Of a stretch of 16,273 bases of DNA, positions 6,187-14,492 are shown in pieces. A program made the position numbers and the translations under genes. The DNA comes from Thermoproteota archaeon (GTDB lineage Archaea; Korarchaeota; Korarchaeia; Korarchaeales; Korarchaeaceae). Numbering within the stretch: position 1 is the first letter of the stretch; each line of letters opens with the position of its first letter. The DNA lies in assembly GCA_027491415.1 (NCBI GenBank), contig JAOZFH010000061.1:1-16273 (forward strand), in the 5' to 3' direction. Below the pieces are notes generated by a model. It searched no databases. It was not told the DNA's origin and saw only the letters and a program-made list of their open reading frames with translations.

Positions 6187-7998
6187 GTGGGCGAGGGCGA
6201 ACTCGTCGGATATTTCAAGCTCAAGCACGACATCCAGAACGACTCTGAGCTTCCTCTGGCGAGGGCGGAGGTCGAGTCCTCGATAGGCGCCGGCGTGGAG
6301 GAGGTGAGGAACGCCGCCGACGTGCTGGTTGACGAGCTCAGGTTCCTGATGGATCGGAGGCTCCGAATCCACGACAGGATCTGTTGGCACCCCTACCCCG
6401 GGGCGCTCGAGGGTTTCCTGACCAGGGGGCTGGAGCCGAGCCCGGAGCTACTTGAAGCGATTAGGAGGCTCTCTTACTTCAGGGAGGTCTACCTGGCCTG
6501 GGAGCGGGACGACGACTCTCCCGCCGAGGACATGAGGCTCCGCCCAGGGGCAGGGGGGAGCGAGGTGAGCCTCGACCCGCTGACCACGCTCTACAGGCTG
6601 GAGGGCGGGAGGTGCCTCAGGGTGGTCCCGGACCAGGCGGCCTACGAGTTCTCGGACTTCGTCTGCAGGCTGGCCAGGGATGATTCAGACGTCGAGAGGA
6701 TGTTCCGCGCCGGCCTGAGACACCTCCGGGTGGGGGTGAAGAGGGCCTACTCGGCGGAGTCCGCCAGGCTCTTCAAGACGATAGAGGACTTCATGGACGA
6801 CCGCAGGGCCCCCCAGCTCTACCTGACCCACTGGTTCTTCGGGATCCGCGGCAAGTTCTTCCCGAGGATGATCAGGGCCGCCATGAACCTCATGGGCCTC
6901 CGCGAGGGGGACCTGGTCCTGGACCCATTCACGGGCTGCGGGACGCTGAATGTCGAGGCCTCCCTGATGGGGATCAGGTCCGTCGGCGTCGAGGTGAACC
7001 CCCTGTTGGCTATGGTGAGCCGGGTGAAGGTTAGAGCGCTGGGCGCCGATCCGTCGGAGGTCTCCAAGCTGATATCGCGCGTCGAGGAGGAGCTGCGCTC
7101 CCGCCCGGCGGCCGACAGACGATCTCTGGAGGAGGCCCTCTCCAGGCTGCCAGAGAGGCTGGCCTCCAGGGTGAGGAGGGGCTCCCTCGCGGTCGTCGTC
7201 AGGGTCTTGGAGATCTCTCAGAGTGTGGGAGATCCCGACCTGTCCGACTTCCTCAAGGTGCCCCTGGCCTACTGGATGAGGAGCATGCTCACGAAGCAGG
7301 CGCCGGAGAAGGCGATCTCCACCTACCTGGATCACCTGAAGAGGATGTGGTTTGCCCTGAGGTTCCTCCAGCTTTACAGGGAGAACGTGAGGCCCATAGA
7401 GCCCGCGAAGGCCGAGGTGATCCGTGGGGACTCCACGAGGCTCAGGGAGGTGCTCAGACAGGTGCCCGGCGAGCTGAGGGGGCCATTCGACGGCGTCGTG
7501 ACCAGCCCCCCCTACCTGGCCGCCATAGACTACGTGGGGAACCAGCTCTACTCGCTCTACGTCCTGGGCCTCACCTCGGACCACCTCGCAGTCGACAGGG
7601 AGACGCTGGGCTCGATGAGGGGATCCAGGTCGAGGGAGTGGAGCGAGTCGGCACTGGACTCCCTGCCAGAGGACGTGAGGGACTTCCTCCTCTGGCTCAG
7701 GCCGGGCAGGCCCAAGATGTCGGCGGCGCTCCTCAGGTACTTCTTGGGGGTCCTGAGGGTTTTCAAGGAGATTGGCGAGGTCCTGAGGCCGGGCGGCAGG
7801 GTCACGTGGGTGATCGGTGCCGAGCAGGTCATGAGGGTGAGGGGGGAGGGGAGGAGGCTTCCGGTGGCCGACTGGATGACCGAGCTGGCGAGTCAGGTGG
7901 GGCTCGAGCCGGAGGTCAGGTTCGACGTGCACCTCGCCAAGTCCAGCGAGAGGGGGGCGATCCCCACCGAGAGCCTGGTAGTCCTCCGAAAGCCCTGA
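6187..7998 (+). CDS. SAM-dependent amino-methyltransferase, N4-cytosine/N6-adenine DNA MTase-like (motif order X-I-IV), with a long N-terminal extension
   Basis: YLTHWFFGIRGKFFPRMIR (motif X-like), VLDPFTGCGT (motif I), GVEVNP, VIRGDS, VVTSPPY (motif IV) and VLRPGG. Start moved to GTG 6187 to avoid antisense overlap with the kinase. Confidence 0.82.
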   Translation: MGEGELVGYFKLKHDIQNDSELPLARAEVESSIGAGVEEVRNAADVLVDELRFLMDRRLRIHDRICWHPYPGALEGFLTRGLEPSPELLEAIRRLSYFREVYLAWERDDDSPAEDMRLRPGAGGSEVSLDPLTTLYRLEGGRCLRVVPDQAAYEFSDFVCRLARDDSDVERMFRAGLRHLRVGVKRAYSAESARLFKTIEDFMDDRRAPQLYLTHWFFGIRGKFFPRMIRAAMNLMGLREGDLVLDPFTGCGTLNVEASLMGIRSVGVEVNPLLAMVSRVKVRALGADPSEVSKLISRVEEELRSRPAADRRSLEEALSRLPERLASRVRRGSLAVVVRVLEISQSVGDPDLSDFLKVPLAYWMRSMLTKQAPEKAISTYLDHLKRMWFALRFLQLYRENVRPIEPAKAEVIRGDSTRLREVLRQVPGELRGPFDGVVTSPPYLAAIDYVGNQLYSLYVLGLTSDHLAVDRETLGSMRGSRSREWSESALDSLPEDVRDFLLWLRPGRPKMSAALLRYFLGVLRVFKEIGEVLRPGGRVTWVIGAEQVMRVRGEGRRLPVADWMTELASQVGLEPEVRFDVHLAKSSERGAIPTESLVVLRKP

Positions 7999-8007
7999 GG
8001 CTCGGGT

Positions 8008-8925
8008 TCACGGGGACAGGGCCGCCTCGATGGCCTCCAGCTCTTCCTGGGTCAGCGACCAGCCGACCGCGCCGACGTTCTGCCTGACGTGCTCCCCCCT
8101 CTTGGCCCCGGGTATGGCGACCACCGCGCGGCTCCTGAGCACCCAGTTGAGGGAGACCTGGGGTACGGTTACCCCCCGCCTCTTCGCGATCTCTCCGAGG
8201 ACCTCCAGGACCCTGGTCAGCCTCCTGACGCCTCCGTACTTCAGCGCCATCATGACCCTCCGCTGAAGCCCCCTCGGCATCCTGCCCGGGCCGTACTTTC
8301 CCGTGAGGAGCCCTTGGGCCAGGGGGCTGTAGGCGATGAGAGTTATCCTCTCCCCCTCGCAGTACGGAAGGAGGTCTCTCTCCACGTCCCTCTTGAGCAG
8401 GTTGTACTCCACCTGGTTAGACGCCACGTCGTGCCTGCTCAGGTGCCCCCTGGCCGCCTCAAGTCTCTTTAGTGAGAAGTTGCTGACACCTATGGCCCTG
8501 ATCTTCCCCTCCTCAAGCAGGTCCTCCATCGCCCTCATGGTCTGGCCCAGCGGGATCAGGGGGTTGGGCCAGTGCACCTGGTAGAGGTCCACGTACCTTA
8601 GGCCTAGCCTCCTGAGGCTGCCCTCCAGAGCCTTCCTGACCCCGCGGTAGGTCAGGTGCAGGGGGGAGACCTTGGTGGCCACGACCACCTCGTCCCTCAC
8701 GTCCCTTATGGCCTCACCCACGATCCTCTCCGACGTTCCCCCGCCGTAGATCTCGGCGGTATCGATGAAGTTCACCCCGAGCTCGATGGCGGTCCTTATC
8801 ACCCTCAGAGCCTCCTCCCGGGTGTACTCCCTCCCCCAGCCCCAGTAAGAGGCTCCTATCTGCCAGGTCCCCAGCCCGACCCTTGAAACCCTGATGCCCG
8901 TCCGACCCAGCTCCGCGTACTCCAC
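8008..8925 (-). CDS. Aldo/keto reductase
   Basis: VGLGTW, GVNFIDTAEIYG, VATKV, DLYQVHWP, GKIRAIGVSNF, NQVEYNLL, AYSPLAQGLLTGKY and AIPGAK. The Asp/Tyr/Lys/His catalytic tetrad is present. Confidence 0.95.
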   Translation of the reverse strand: MEYAELGRTGIRVSRVGLGTWQIGASYWGWGREYTREEALRVIRTAIELGVNFIDTAEIYGGGTSERIVGEAIRDVRDEVVVATKVSPLHLTYRGVRKALEGSLRRLGLRYVDLYQVHWPNPLIPLGQTMRAMEDLLEEGKIRAIGVSNFSLKRLEAARGHLSRHDVASNQVEYNLLKRDVERDLLPYCEGERITLIAYSPLAQGLLTGKYGPGRMPRGLQRRVMMALKYGGVRRLTRVLEVLGEIAKRRGVTVPQVSLNWVLRSRAVVAIPGAKRGEHVRQNVGAVGWSLTQEELEAIEAALSP

Positions 8926-8929
8926 CCCC

Positions 8930-9424
8930 TCACACCTCCCCGCCGCCCACGAGGAGTTCAGTCAGGTCTCGGAAGGACTTGACGTCCACGCCGAACCGGA
9001 CGGCGTCCACCCTCTCGAAGGCCTCGGCGACCGCCCGAACGTTCTCCTCCCTATCGTCCACGAACAGCCCCCGCCCATCCCACTCGGGCCCGAGGGCCCG
9101 CAGTATCCTGGCCACCATGGCCACCTTGTCCGGGTGGAACTCTATCACCGGGTTCCAGAGAAACCGGTCGAGATCCAGGGTCCTCAGGAGGGGAAAGACC
9201 ACATCGGGCCTGTTCCAGCTGGCGACCGTCACGCGTATCCCCCACTCGGCGCAACGCGAGAGGAGTTCCCTTATCCCGGGCCGAAGGCGGATCGTCGTTC
9301 CGCGAGAGTCCGCCGCGGCGCCCTCAGACACCCTCCGGTAGGGAGGCACGAGCGAAGATGCGTCCTCGTGATCCCAAACGGTCAGATCCAAGTCTAGGAT
9401 GAGGAGGTCGTAGCGGGGCTTCAT
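8930..9424 (-). CDS. Magnesium-dependent phosphatase-1 (HAD subfamily IIIC)
   Basis: LILDLDLTVWD (motif I), VASWN (II), FHPDK (III) and FVDDR (IV); capless length. CTTATAG lies about 25-30 nt upstream. Probably co-transcribed with the AKR gene (4-nt gap). Confidence 0.9.
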   Translation of the reverse strand: MKPRYDLLILDLDLTVWDHEDASSLVPPYRRVSEGAAADSRGTTIRLRPGIRELLSRCAEWGIRVTVASWNRPDVVFPLLRTLDLDRFLWNPVIEFHPDKVAMVARILRALGPEWDGRGLFVDDREENVRAVAEAFERVDAVRFGVDVKSFRDLTELLVGGGEV

Positions 9425-9517
9425 CGTGGGTCCGTCTAGCCCGTGGGCTATAAGTGCCTGCCTCCCACCGGGACGGCGCTCGGAGACGTTAAAACTGAGT
9501 CCTTCGAAACACGACAG

Positions 9518-10060
9518 GTGTCGGGGGGCTGCTGCGAAGGGAGCGGGCTGGAGGACGAGGGACGCCCACGGACGATGGCCGGGATGGGCCTCCTCCGCAT
9601 CGTTATACTCAGGATGCTGAGGGAGAAGGGGGAACTCACCGGGTACGACATCATCAAAGAGATTGAGAGGAGGACCGGGTACTGGAGACCCTCTCCCGGA
9701 ACGGTCTACCCGCTCCTCCGAGACCTCGAGTCACGGGGCATCGTGGCCAGGAGGGAGGAGGGCCGGAGGAAGGTTTACTACCTCACCCCGAGCGGGAGGG
9801 AACTGGCCTCGAGGCTGGAGGAGGCGAGGGTCAGCCTCAGGAGGGACTACGAGAGGTTTGTGGAGGCCGCCAGCGTCCTGCTCGAGTCGGAGATCCCGGA
9901 GGATGTCGTCGAGGCCATGAGGGAGGTGAAGGCGGCGATAGCGGAGGCCGAGGTCCACCTGTCAAATCGGGGCGTCAGGGAGAAGGTCGTGGAGGCCTTG
10001 AGGAGGGCGGCCCGAGACATAAGGCACGCTCTCGATTCGCAGCGGGTGGCAGAGTTTTAG
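9518..10060 (+). CDS. PadR-family transcriptional regulator
   Basis: LRIVILRML, LTGYDIIKEIE, WRPSPGTVYPLLRDLESRG and RRKVYYLTPSG. Start is GTG 9518 (TTAAAA about 25-30 nt upstream) or ATG 9575. Confidence 0.93.
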   Translation: MSGGCCEGSGLEDEGRPRTMAGMGLLRIVILRMLREKGELTGYDIIKEIERRTGYWRPSPGTVYPLLRDLESRGIVARREEGRRKVYYLTPSGRELASRLEEARVSLRRDYERFVEAASVLLESEIPEDVVEAMREVKAAIAEAEVHLSNRGVREKVVEALRRAARDIRHALDSQRVAEF

Positions 10061-10091
10061 TACCCGCGCGATCCCGGAGGGGGGAGGGAAA

Positions 10092-10526
10092 TTGGCCGAC
10101 GCGGAGGTGGACGTTGAGGCGATCGAGCGAAAGTGGGAGGACCTCGTCAGCAGGGCGAGGAGCGATCCATGGTCGCTCCTCTCGATGGACGTCGAGGAGC
10201 TGAGGGCCTACCTGCTGGGCGCCGTGGAGGGCCTGGCCAGGTTCGTGGGTGCCTCCGCCGTCACGATCGAGTTCGGGAGGTGGAGGGCGAGGTACTACAG
10301 GAAGTCCCTTATGGACGGAGACGAGTGGGAGGAGGTTGACGGGGAGCTGATCCTCTCCATACACCTGGAGGAGCCCACCGGGTGCTCGATCACGGTTCTG
10401 TCGGTCGGCCTCCCCGACGACGATGGTCCGGAGGTCTTCGCGAGGTCGGCGGGGGAGATAGCGGAGCTGTTCTTCACCGGGAGGGTATGCGAGGAGGGCG
10501 AGTTCGAGCCCCACGCGGATCGGTGA
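10092..10526 (+). CDS. Hypothetical acidic protein
   Basis: TTG start after a purine-rich GGAGG tract, host-like codon use, and it fills the gap between genes. No motif recognised. Confidence 0.7.
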   Translation: MADAEVDVEAIERKWEDLVSRARSDPWSLLSMDVEELRAYLLGAVEGLARFVGASAVTIEFGRWRARYYRKSLMDGDEWEEVDGELILSIHLEEPTGCSITVLSVGLPDDDGPEVFARSAGEIAELFFTGRVCEEGEFEPHADR

Positions 10527-10560
10527 AGGTTAATCTGAACCACCGGGGTGGTTCCCGACG

Positions 10561-10875
10561 TTGAGCGGCGGGGGAGACAACCTCCAGTTCTACCTCAGGA
10601 GGCTGGCAGTCGCCTGCAGCTACGCCGACCAGAGGTACCTGGCCCAGCTCCTCAGACTCGTGGACCTCCTCGCCTCGGAGAAGTTCGAGGAGGCGATTGA
10701 GGCCGCAGACACACTCTCGGAGCCCTTGGAGAGGTTCGGTCTCAGGGAGACGGTCGGCGCCCTAAGCTCGATGCTGGCCTCTCAGGACGCCTCCGCCCAG
10801 GCGAGGGAGGAGGCTCAGAACTGGTTCTTGAGAATCAAGATGGCCATTCAACGGAGGCTCTTCACCGAGTCCTGA
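10561..10875 (+). CDS. Hypothetical all-alpha small protein
   Basis: 104-aa ORF with amphipathic helical pattern and host-like codons. TTAAT lies about 30 nt upstream. Confidence 0.7.
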   Translation: MSGGGDNLQFYLRRLAVACSYADQRYLAQLLRLVDLLASEKFEEAIEAADTLSEPLERFGLRETVGALSSMLASQDASAQAREEAQNWFLRIKMAIQRRLFTES

Positions 10876-10893
10876 CTGTGGGGGGATTTTTGC

Positions 10894-11451
10894 TTGCTCG
10901 TGGTCCTCGTGTCAGGTCCAAGGGGGCCCGAGCGCGCCCGCATCGCGGGCGCGCTCGTGAGGGCGCTCAGCTCCAGGGGGTACAGAGTCGGCGCCGCCTC
11001 CAGGGCCGCCTCAGAGTCCGCTGTGAGGGAGAGGCCTGATACGGAGGCAGGCCTGTTGGAGAACTCCGGGGCCAGCCTCGTTGCCCTCGTGGGCAGGAGG
11101 AGGAGTCGCGTGACGGTGGTAACGGCGCCAAAGTCGCTCGAGGACCTACTCCGTCTTCTCGAGGCCGGCCAGAGGGTGCCGCCCGACGCGGTCGTCCTGA
11201 GCGGCTTCGACCGACTGGCCGGGCGCAGGGAAGACGTGCTGAAGGTGGTGGTGGCTCACGGTCCGAGGGAGGCGCAGGCGATCCTCCGTGGGCTGGCGGA
11301 CCCGGTGGTCGCCGCCGTCTGCGCCGCTCAGGTCGGGGGCCCGCTCAGATCCAGCTCGGGGGGAGAAGTCCCGGTGTTCCCCCTGGAGGGGGAGGATCAG
11401 GTGGGCAGGTTGGTTGTCGAGATCGCGAAGAGGCTCAAGCTCATCCACTGA
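10894..11451 (+). CDS. MobB-like protein (molybdopterin-guanine dinucleotide biosynthesis protein B family) with degenerate P-loop
   Basis: LVRALSSRGYRVGA, D-T...SGASLVAL and PDAVVLSGFD follow the MobB layout, but GPRGPERAR replaces Walker A. Confidence 0.65.
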   Translation: MLVVLVSGPRGPERARIAGALVRALSSRGYRVGAASRAASESAVRERPDTEAGLLENSGASLVALVGRRRSRVTVVTAPKSLEDLLRLLEAGQRVPPDAVVLSGFDRLAGRREDVLKVVVAHGPREAQAILRGLADPVVAAVCAAQVGGPLRSSSGGEVPVFPLEGEDQVGRLVVEIAKRLKLIH

Positions 11452-11544
11452 GTCCGCCAGCACTCACCATCCCAGAACGACGGATCGAGGGGGCGATGGG
11501 GGAGATCCCGGGCTTCAGGCGCTTCCCCTTTCGGGTAAAGACAA

Positions 11545-11553
11545 TCTTTTAAC
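11545..11553 (+). promoter_or_regulatory. TATA-like box of the sdh operon
   Basis: TCTTTTAAC about 30 nt upstream of ATG 11583, preceded by purine-rich AAAGACAA (BRE-like). Confidence 0.55.
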
Positions 11554-11582
11554 AGAAATGGGCCCCGGCCCCCCGAGCCAAC

Positions 11583-11972
11583 ATGTCCGACGAGGAGTCA
11601 GCCCCGGCGCCGCGGGAGGTTAGGAACCCCGGAGCGGACTTCAGGAACGTGGTCCACTGGGTCACCCACGTTAGGAGGAGGGGCCTGGGCATGTGGGCCT
11701 GGCTCCTCCAGAGGGTGACCGGAGCCCTCATGGTCTTCGGCGCCGTCGTGCACGTGCTGGCCAACCACTTCGGCTACGTGTTCCCTGGCGGGACGCTCCT
11801 TACAGACGACCTGATCCTGTTCACGGGAGCCTACCACGCCTTCAACGGGATAAGGGTGATCCTGATCGAGGCCTTCGGGTGGGCCGCGGAGAGGGAGGAC
11901 AAGCTGTTCATAGCCGTGCTGGTGGCCACCGTGATCTTCATGGTTTACTGGGCCTATGCAGTGGGCCTCTGA
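11583..11972 (+). CDS. sdhC: Succinate dehydrogenase/fumarate reductase cytochrome b membrane anchor (SdhC/SdhD-like, 3 TM)
   Basis: GMWAWLLQRVTG, VVHVLANH and AYHAFNGIRVILIE; three TM helices; directly upstream of sdhA. Confidence 0.85.
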   Translation: MSDEESAPAPREVRNPGADFRNVVHWVTHVRRRGLGMWAWLLQRVTGALMVFGAVVHVLANHFGYVFPGGTLLTDDLILFTGAYHAFNGIRVILIEAFGWAAEREDKLFIAVLVATVIFMVYWAYAVGL

Positions 11973-11992
11973 GCCGGCTTAGGGGGATCCCC

Positions 11993-13693
11993 TTGGAGAG
12001 GCACGACGTGATCGTCGTCGGAGGTGGGCTCGCGGGCCTCAGGGCCGCGGTCGAGGCCAAGCTCCGCGGGGCGGATGTGGCCGTCGTGAGCCTGCTCTAC
12101 CCGATGAGGTCCCACTCGGTGGCGGCCCAGGGGGGGATAAACGCGGCCCTCGGCAACGCCGACCCCAGCGACAGCGTCGAGAGGCACGCCTTCGACACGA
12201 TCAAGGGCGCGGACTACCTGGCCGACCAGGACGCGGTGCTCGAGTACTGTCAGGATGCCATCGAGAGGGTGCTGGAGCTAGATAGGTGGGGCGTCCCCTT
12301 CAGCAGGTTCGAGGATGGTCGGATAGCCCAGAGGCCCTTCGGCGGGGCGGGGTTCCCGAGGACCTGCTACGCGGCCGACAAGACGGGCCACGCGGTCATG
12401 CACACCGTGTTCCAGCAGGCTCTCAGGCTGGGGGTCGCCTTCTACAACGAGAGGGCGGTGCTCCGCCTCGCCAGGGACGAGGATGGAGTGAGGGGCCTGG
12501 TGGCCATGAACCTCCAGACCGGGGAGCTGGAGGCCTACGAGGCCAAGGCCGTGATCATGGCCACGGGAGGGGCGGGCAGGATCTACGCCAGGACCACCAA
12601 CAGCCACCAAAGCACCGGCTTCGGCATGGCCCTCGCCTACTGGGTCGGCGCCCCGCTGGAGGACATGGAGTTCGTCCAGTTCCACCCGACGACGCTCTAC
12701 GGGACGAACATCCTCATCAGCGAGGCGGCCAGGGGGGAGGGCGGGATCCTGCTCAACGCCAAGGGCGAGAGGTTCATGGAGAGGTACGCCCCGGAGAAGA
12801 TGGAGCTGGCCCCCAGGGACATAGTGGCCAGGGCCATATGGACCGAGGTGCTGGAGGGGAGGGGGTTCGAGAACGAGTACGTTCACCTGGTCATATCCCA
12901 CCTCGGGGCCGACCTGATAATGGAGAGGCTCCCGCAGATATGGGAGCTGGCCCTCAAGTTCGCGGGCGTCGACGCGAGGAAGGAGCCGATCCCCGTCCAG
13001 CCGGGCCAGCACTACACCATGGGCGGGATAGAGACCGACAAGCACGGCAGGGCCAGGATCAAGGGCCTGTACGCGGCTGGAGAGTGTGCCTGCGTTAGCG
13101 TCCACGGGGCCAACAGGCTGGGGGGCAATTCCCTCCTGGAGTGCGTGGTCTTCGGGGCCAGGGCGGGGGCGTCGGCCGCCGAGGACGTCCAGCGCAGGGG
13201 GTTCGACGGGAAGGAGGCCGTTGAGAGGGCCCTGGAGGAGGTCGAGGGAAGGATCAAGGTCCTGCTGGAGAGGGGCAGGGAGGAGGGACACTCCAACCCC
13301 TACAGGATAAGGAGGGACATGCAGCAGGCCATGTGGGAATACGTGGGGATCTTCAGGGATGAGGAGGGTCTCAGGAAGGGTGTGGAGACCATCAGGAGGC
13401 TAAGAAAGGAGTATCGGGAGAGTGCCGGTGTCCCGGCTCCGCCCGGGCCGTTCAATCAGGGCCTGCTGGACGCCCTCATCATTGAGGGGATGCTCGACGT
13501 GGCGCTGGTGGTGGCCGAGGGCGCGCTGAGGCGTACGGAGAGCAGGGGCGGGCACTACCGCACGGACTACCCGAAGAGAGACGATGAGAAATGGCTCAAG
13601 CACACGCTGGCCTTCTACACGCCGGAAGGACCGGAGTTCGACTACAAGCCGGTGGTGATCACCAGGTGGCAGCCCACGGAGAGGAAGTACTGA
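11993..13693 (+). CDS. sdhA: Succinate dehydrogenase/fumarate reductase flavoprotein subunit
   Basis: DVIVVGGGLAG (FAD binding), RSHSVAAQGG (covalent-FAD His), EFVQFHPT, SEAARGEGG, LAPRDIV, HYTMGGI, HGANRLGGNSLL and RTESRGGHYR. TTG start at 11993 after AGGGGGA. Confidence 0.97.
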   Translation: MERHDVIVVGGGLAGLRAAVEAKLRGADVAVVSLLYPMRSHSVAAQGGINAALGNADPSDSVERHAFDTIKGADYLADQDAVLEYCQDAIERVLELDRWGVPFSRFEDGRIAQRPFGGAGFPRTCYAADKTGHAVMHTVFQQALRLGVAFYNERAVLRLARDEDGVRGLVAMNLQTGELEAYEAKAVIMATGGAGRIYARTTNSHQSTGFGMALAYWVGAPLEDMEFVQFHPTTLYGTNILISEAARGEGGILLNAKGERFMERYAPEKMELAPRDIVARAIWTEVLEGRGFENEYVHLVISHLGADLIMERLPQIWELALKFAGVDARKEPIPVQPGQHYTMGGIETDKHGRARIKGLYAAGECACVSVHGANRLGGNSLLECVVFGARAGASAAEDVQRRGFDGKEAVERALEEVEGRIKVLLERGREEGHSNPYRIRRDMQQAMWEYVGIFRDEEGLRKGVETIRRLRKEYRESAGVPAPPGPFNQGLLDALIIEGMLDVALVVAEGALRRTESRGGHYRTDYPKRDDEKWLKHTLAFYTPEGPEFDYKPVVITRWQPTERKY

Positions 13694-13700
13694 GGAGGGG

Positions 13701-14450
13701 GTGAGTCAGCGAATGCCTGGGCGGGTTCGGGAGGGCGAGACCGTCAGGTTCACAGTCTTCCGATTCGACCCGAAGAGTGACAAGGTCCCCTACTACTTGG
13801 AGTACGAGGTCCCCTACCGGAAGGGCATGACGGTCCTCGACGGGCTGCTCTACATCCTGCAGGAGCTCGACCCCACCCTGGCGTTCAGGTACAGCTGCAG
13901 GGCCAAGATCTGCGGCTCCTGCGCCATGATGATAAACGGGGTGCAGAGGCTGGCCTGCGAGACCCAGGTCGCGGACCTGGGCAGGAGGGTGAAGGTCGAG
14001 CCCCTCGCCCACTTCCGGGTGCTCAAAGACCTGGTGGTGGACATAGAGCCGTTCCTCAGGCAGATGGAGGCCGTAATGCCCTACCTCTACCCGAAGGAGG
14101 ACGTGCGAGAGCCAAGGGTCTCCCCAAAGGAGTTCGAGAAGTACAAGTCCCCCTCCGACTGCATATGGTGCGGGGCCTGCGTCTCCGCCTGTCCGGTGGC
14201 CGCAACGGACCCGCTCTTCTTGGGGCCCGCGGCGCTGACCCAGCTGTACAGGTTCGCCGTGGACTCTAGGGAGAGGGACGATGTGAAGCCCCTGAGGCTC
14301 CTGGTGGCCGACAGCGAGGGCTCCGGAGTCTGGAGGTGCCACCAGGTCTACGCATGCGCCGAGGTGTGCCCCAAGCACATCAGGCCGGGGAGCCTGATCG
14401 CTGAACTCAAGAGGATGACCCTCAAGGCCAGGCTGACGGGGAGGATCTGA
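13701..14450 (+). CDS. sdhB: Succinate dehydrogenase/fumarate reductase iron-sulfur subunit
   Basis: SCRAKICGSC...LAC (2Fe-2S), CIWCGACVSACP and CHQVYACAEVCP (4Fe-4S/3Fe-4S). Start is GTG 13701 or ATG 13713. Confidence 0.97.
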   Translation: MSQRMPGRVREGETVRFTVFRFDPKSDKVPYYLEYEVPYRKGMTVLDGLLYILQELDPTLAFRYSCRAKICGSCAMMINGVQRLACETQVADLGRRVKVEPLAHFRVLKDLVVDIEPFLRQMEAVMPYLYPKEDVREPRVSPKEFEKYKSPSDCIWCGACVSACPVAATDPLFLGPAALTQLYRFAVDSRERDDVKPLRLLVADSEGSGVWRCHQVYACAEVCPKHIRPGSLIAELKRMTLKARLTGRI

Positions 14451-14492
14451 CGTTATCCTAGGCCGCTACGATCGAGGCCTCGGCCTGAAGCC

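Noticed and set aside
6087-6233. N-terminal extension of the kinase ORF
   Set aside because: Pro-rich low-quality sequence that crosses the TATA element and overlaps the MTase start.
6685-7932. 415-aa minus-strand ORF (likewise 12278..13291, 13659..14378, 4578..5270 and similar)
   Set aside because: Antisense or alternate-frame shadows of well-supported genes, typical of high-GC DNA; no motifs.
6187-7998. Restriction-modification or defence island
   Set aside because: No endonuclease, specificity subunit, mobility gene or compositional shift near the methyltransferase.
11420-11520. Possible second C/D sRNA on the minus strand (ATGGTGA...TGGATGA)
   Set aside because: Imperfect box C, no correctly spaced CTGA box D and no terminal stem.
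11693-11992. Apparent 100-aa N-terminal extension of SdhA
   Set aside because: Overlaps the anchor gene out of frame. The FAD-binding motif starts right after TTG 11993, which has an SD-like tract.
14460-14486. AGGCCG...CGGCCT hairpin between the convergent sdhB and glycosidase genes as a terminator
   Set aside because: Short GC stem without a U-tract, expected by chance at this GC content.
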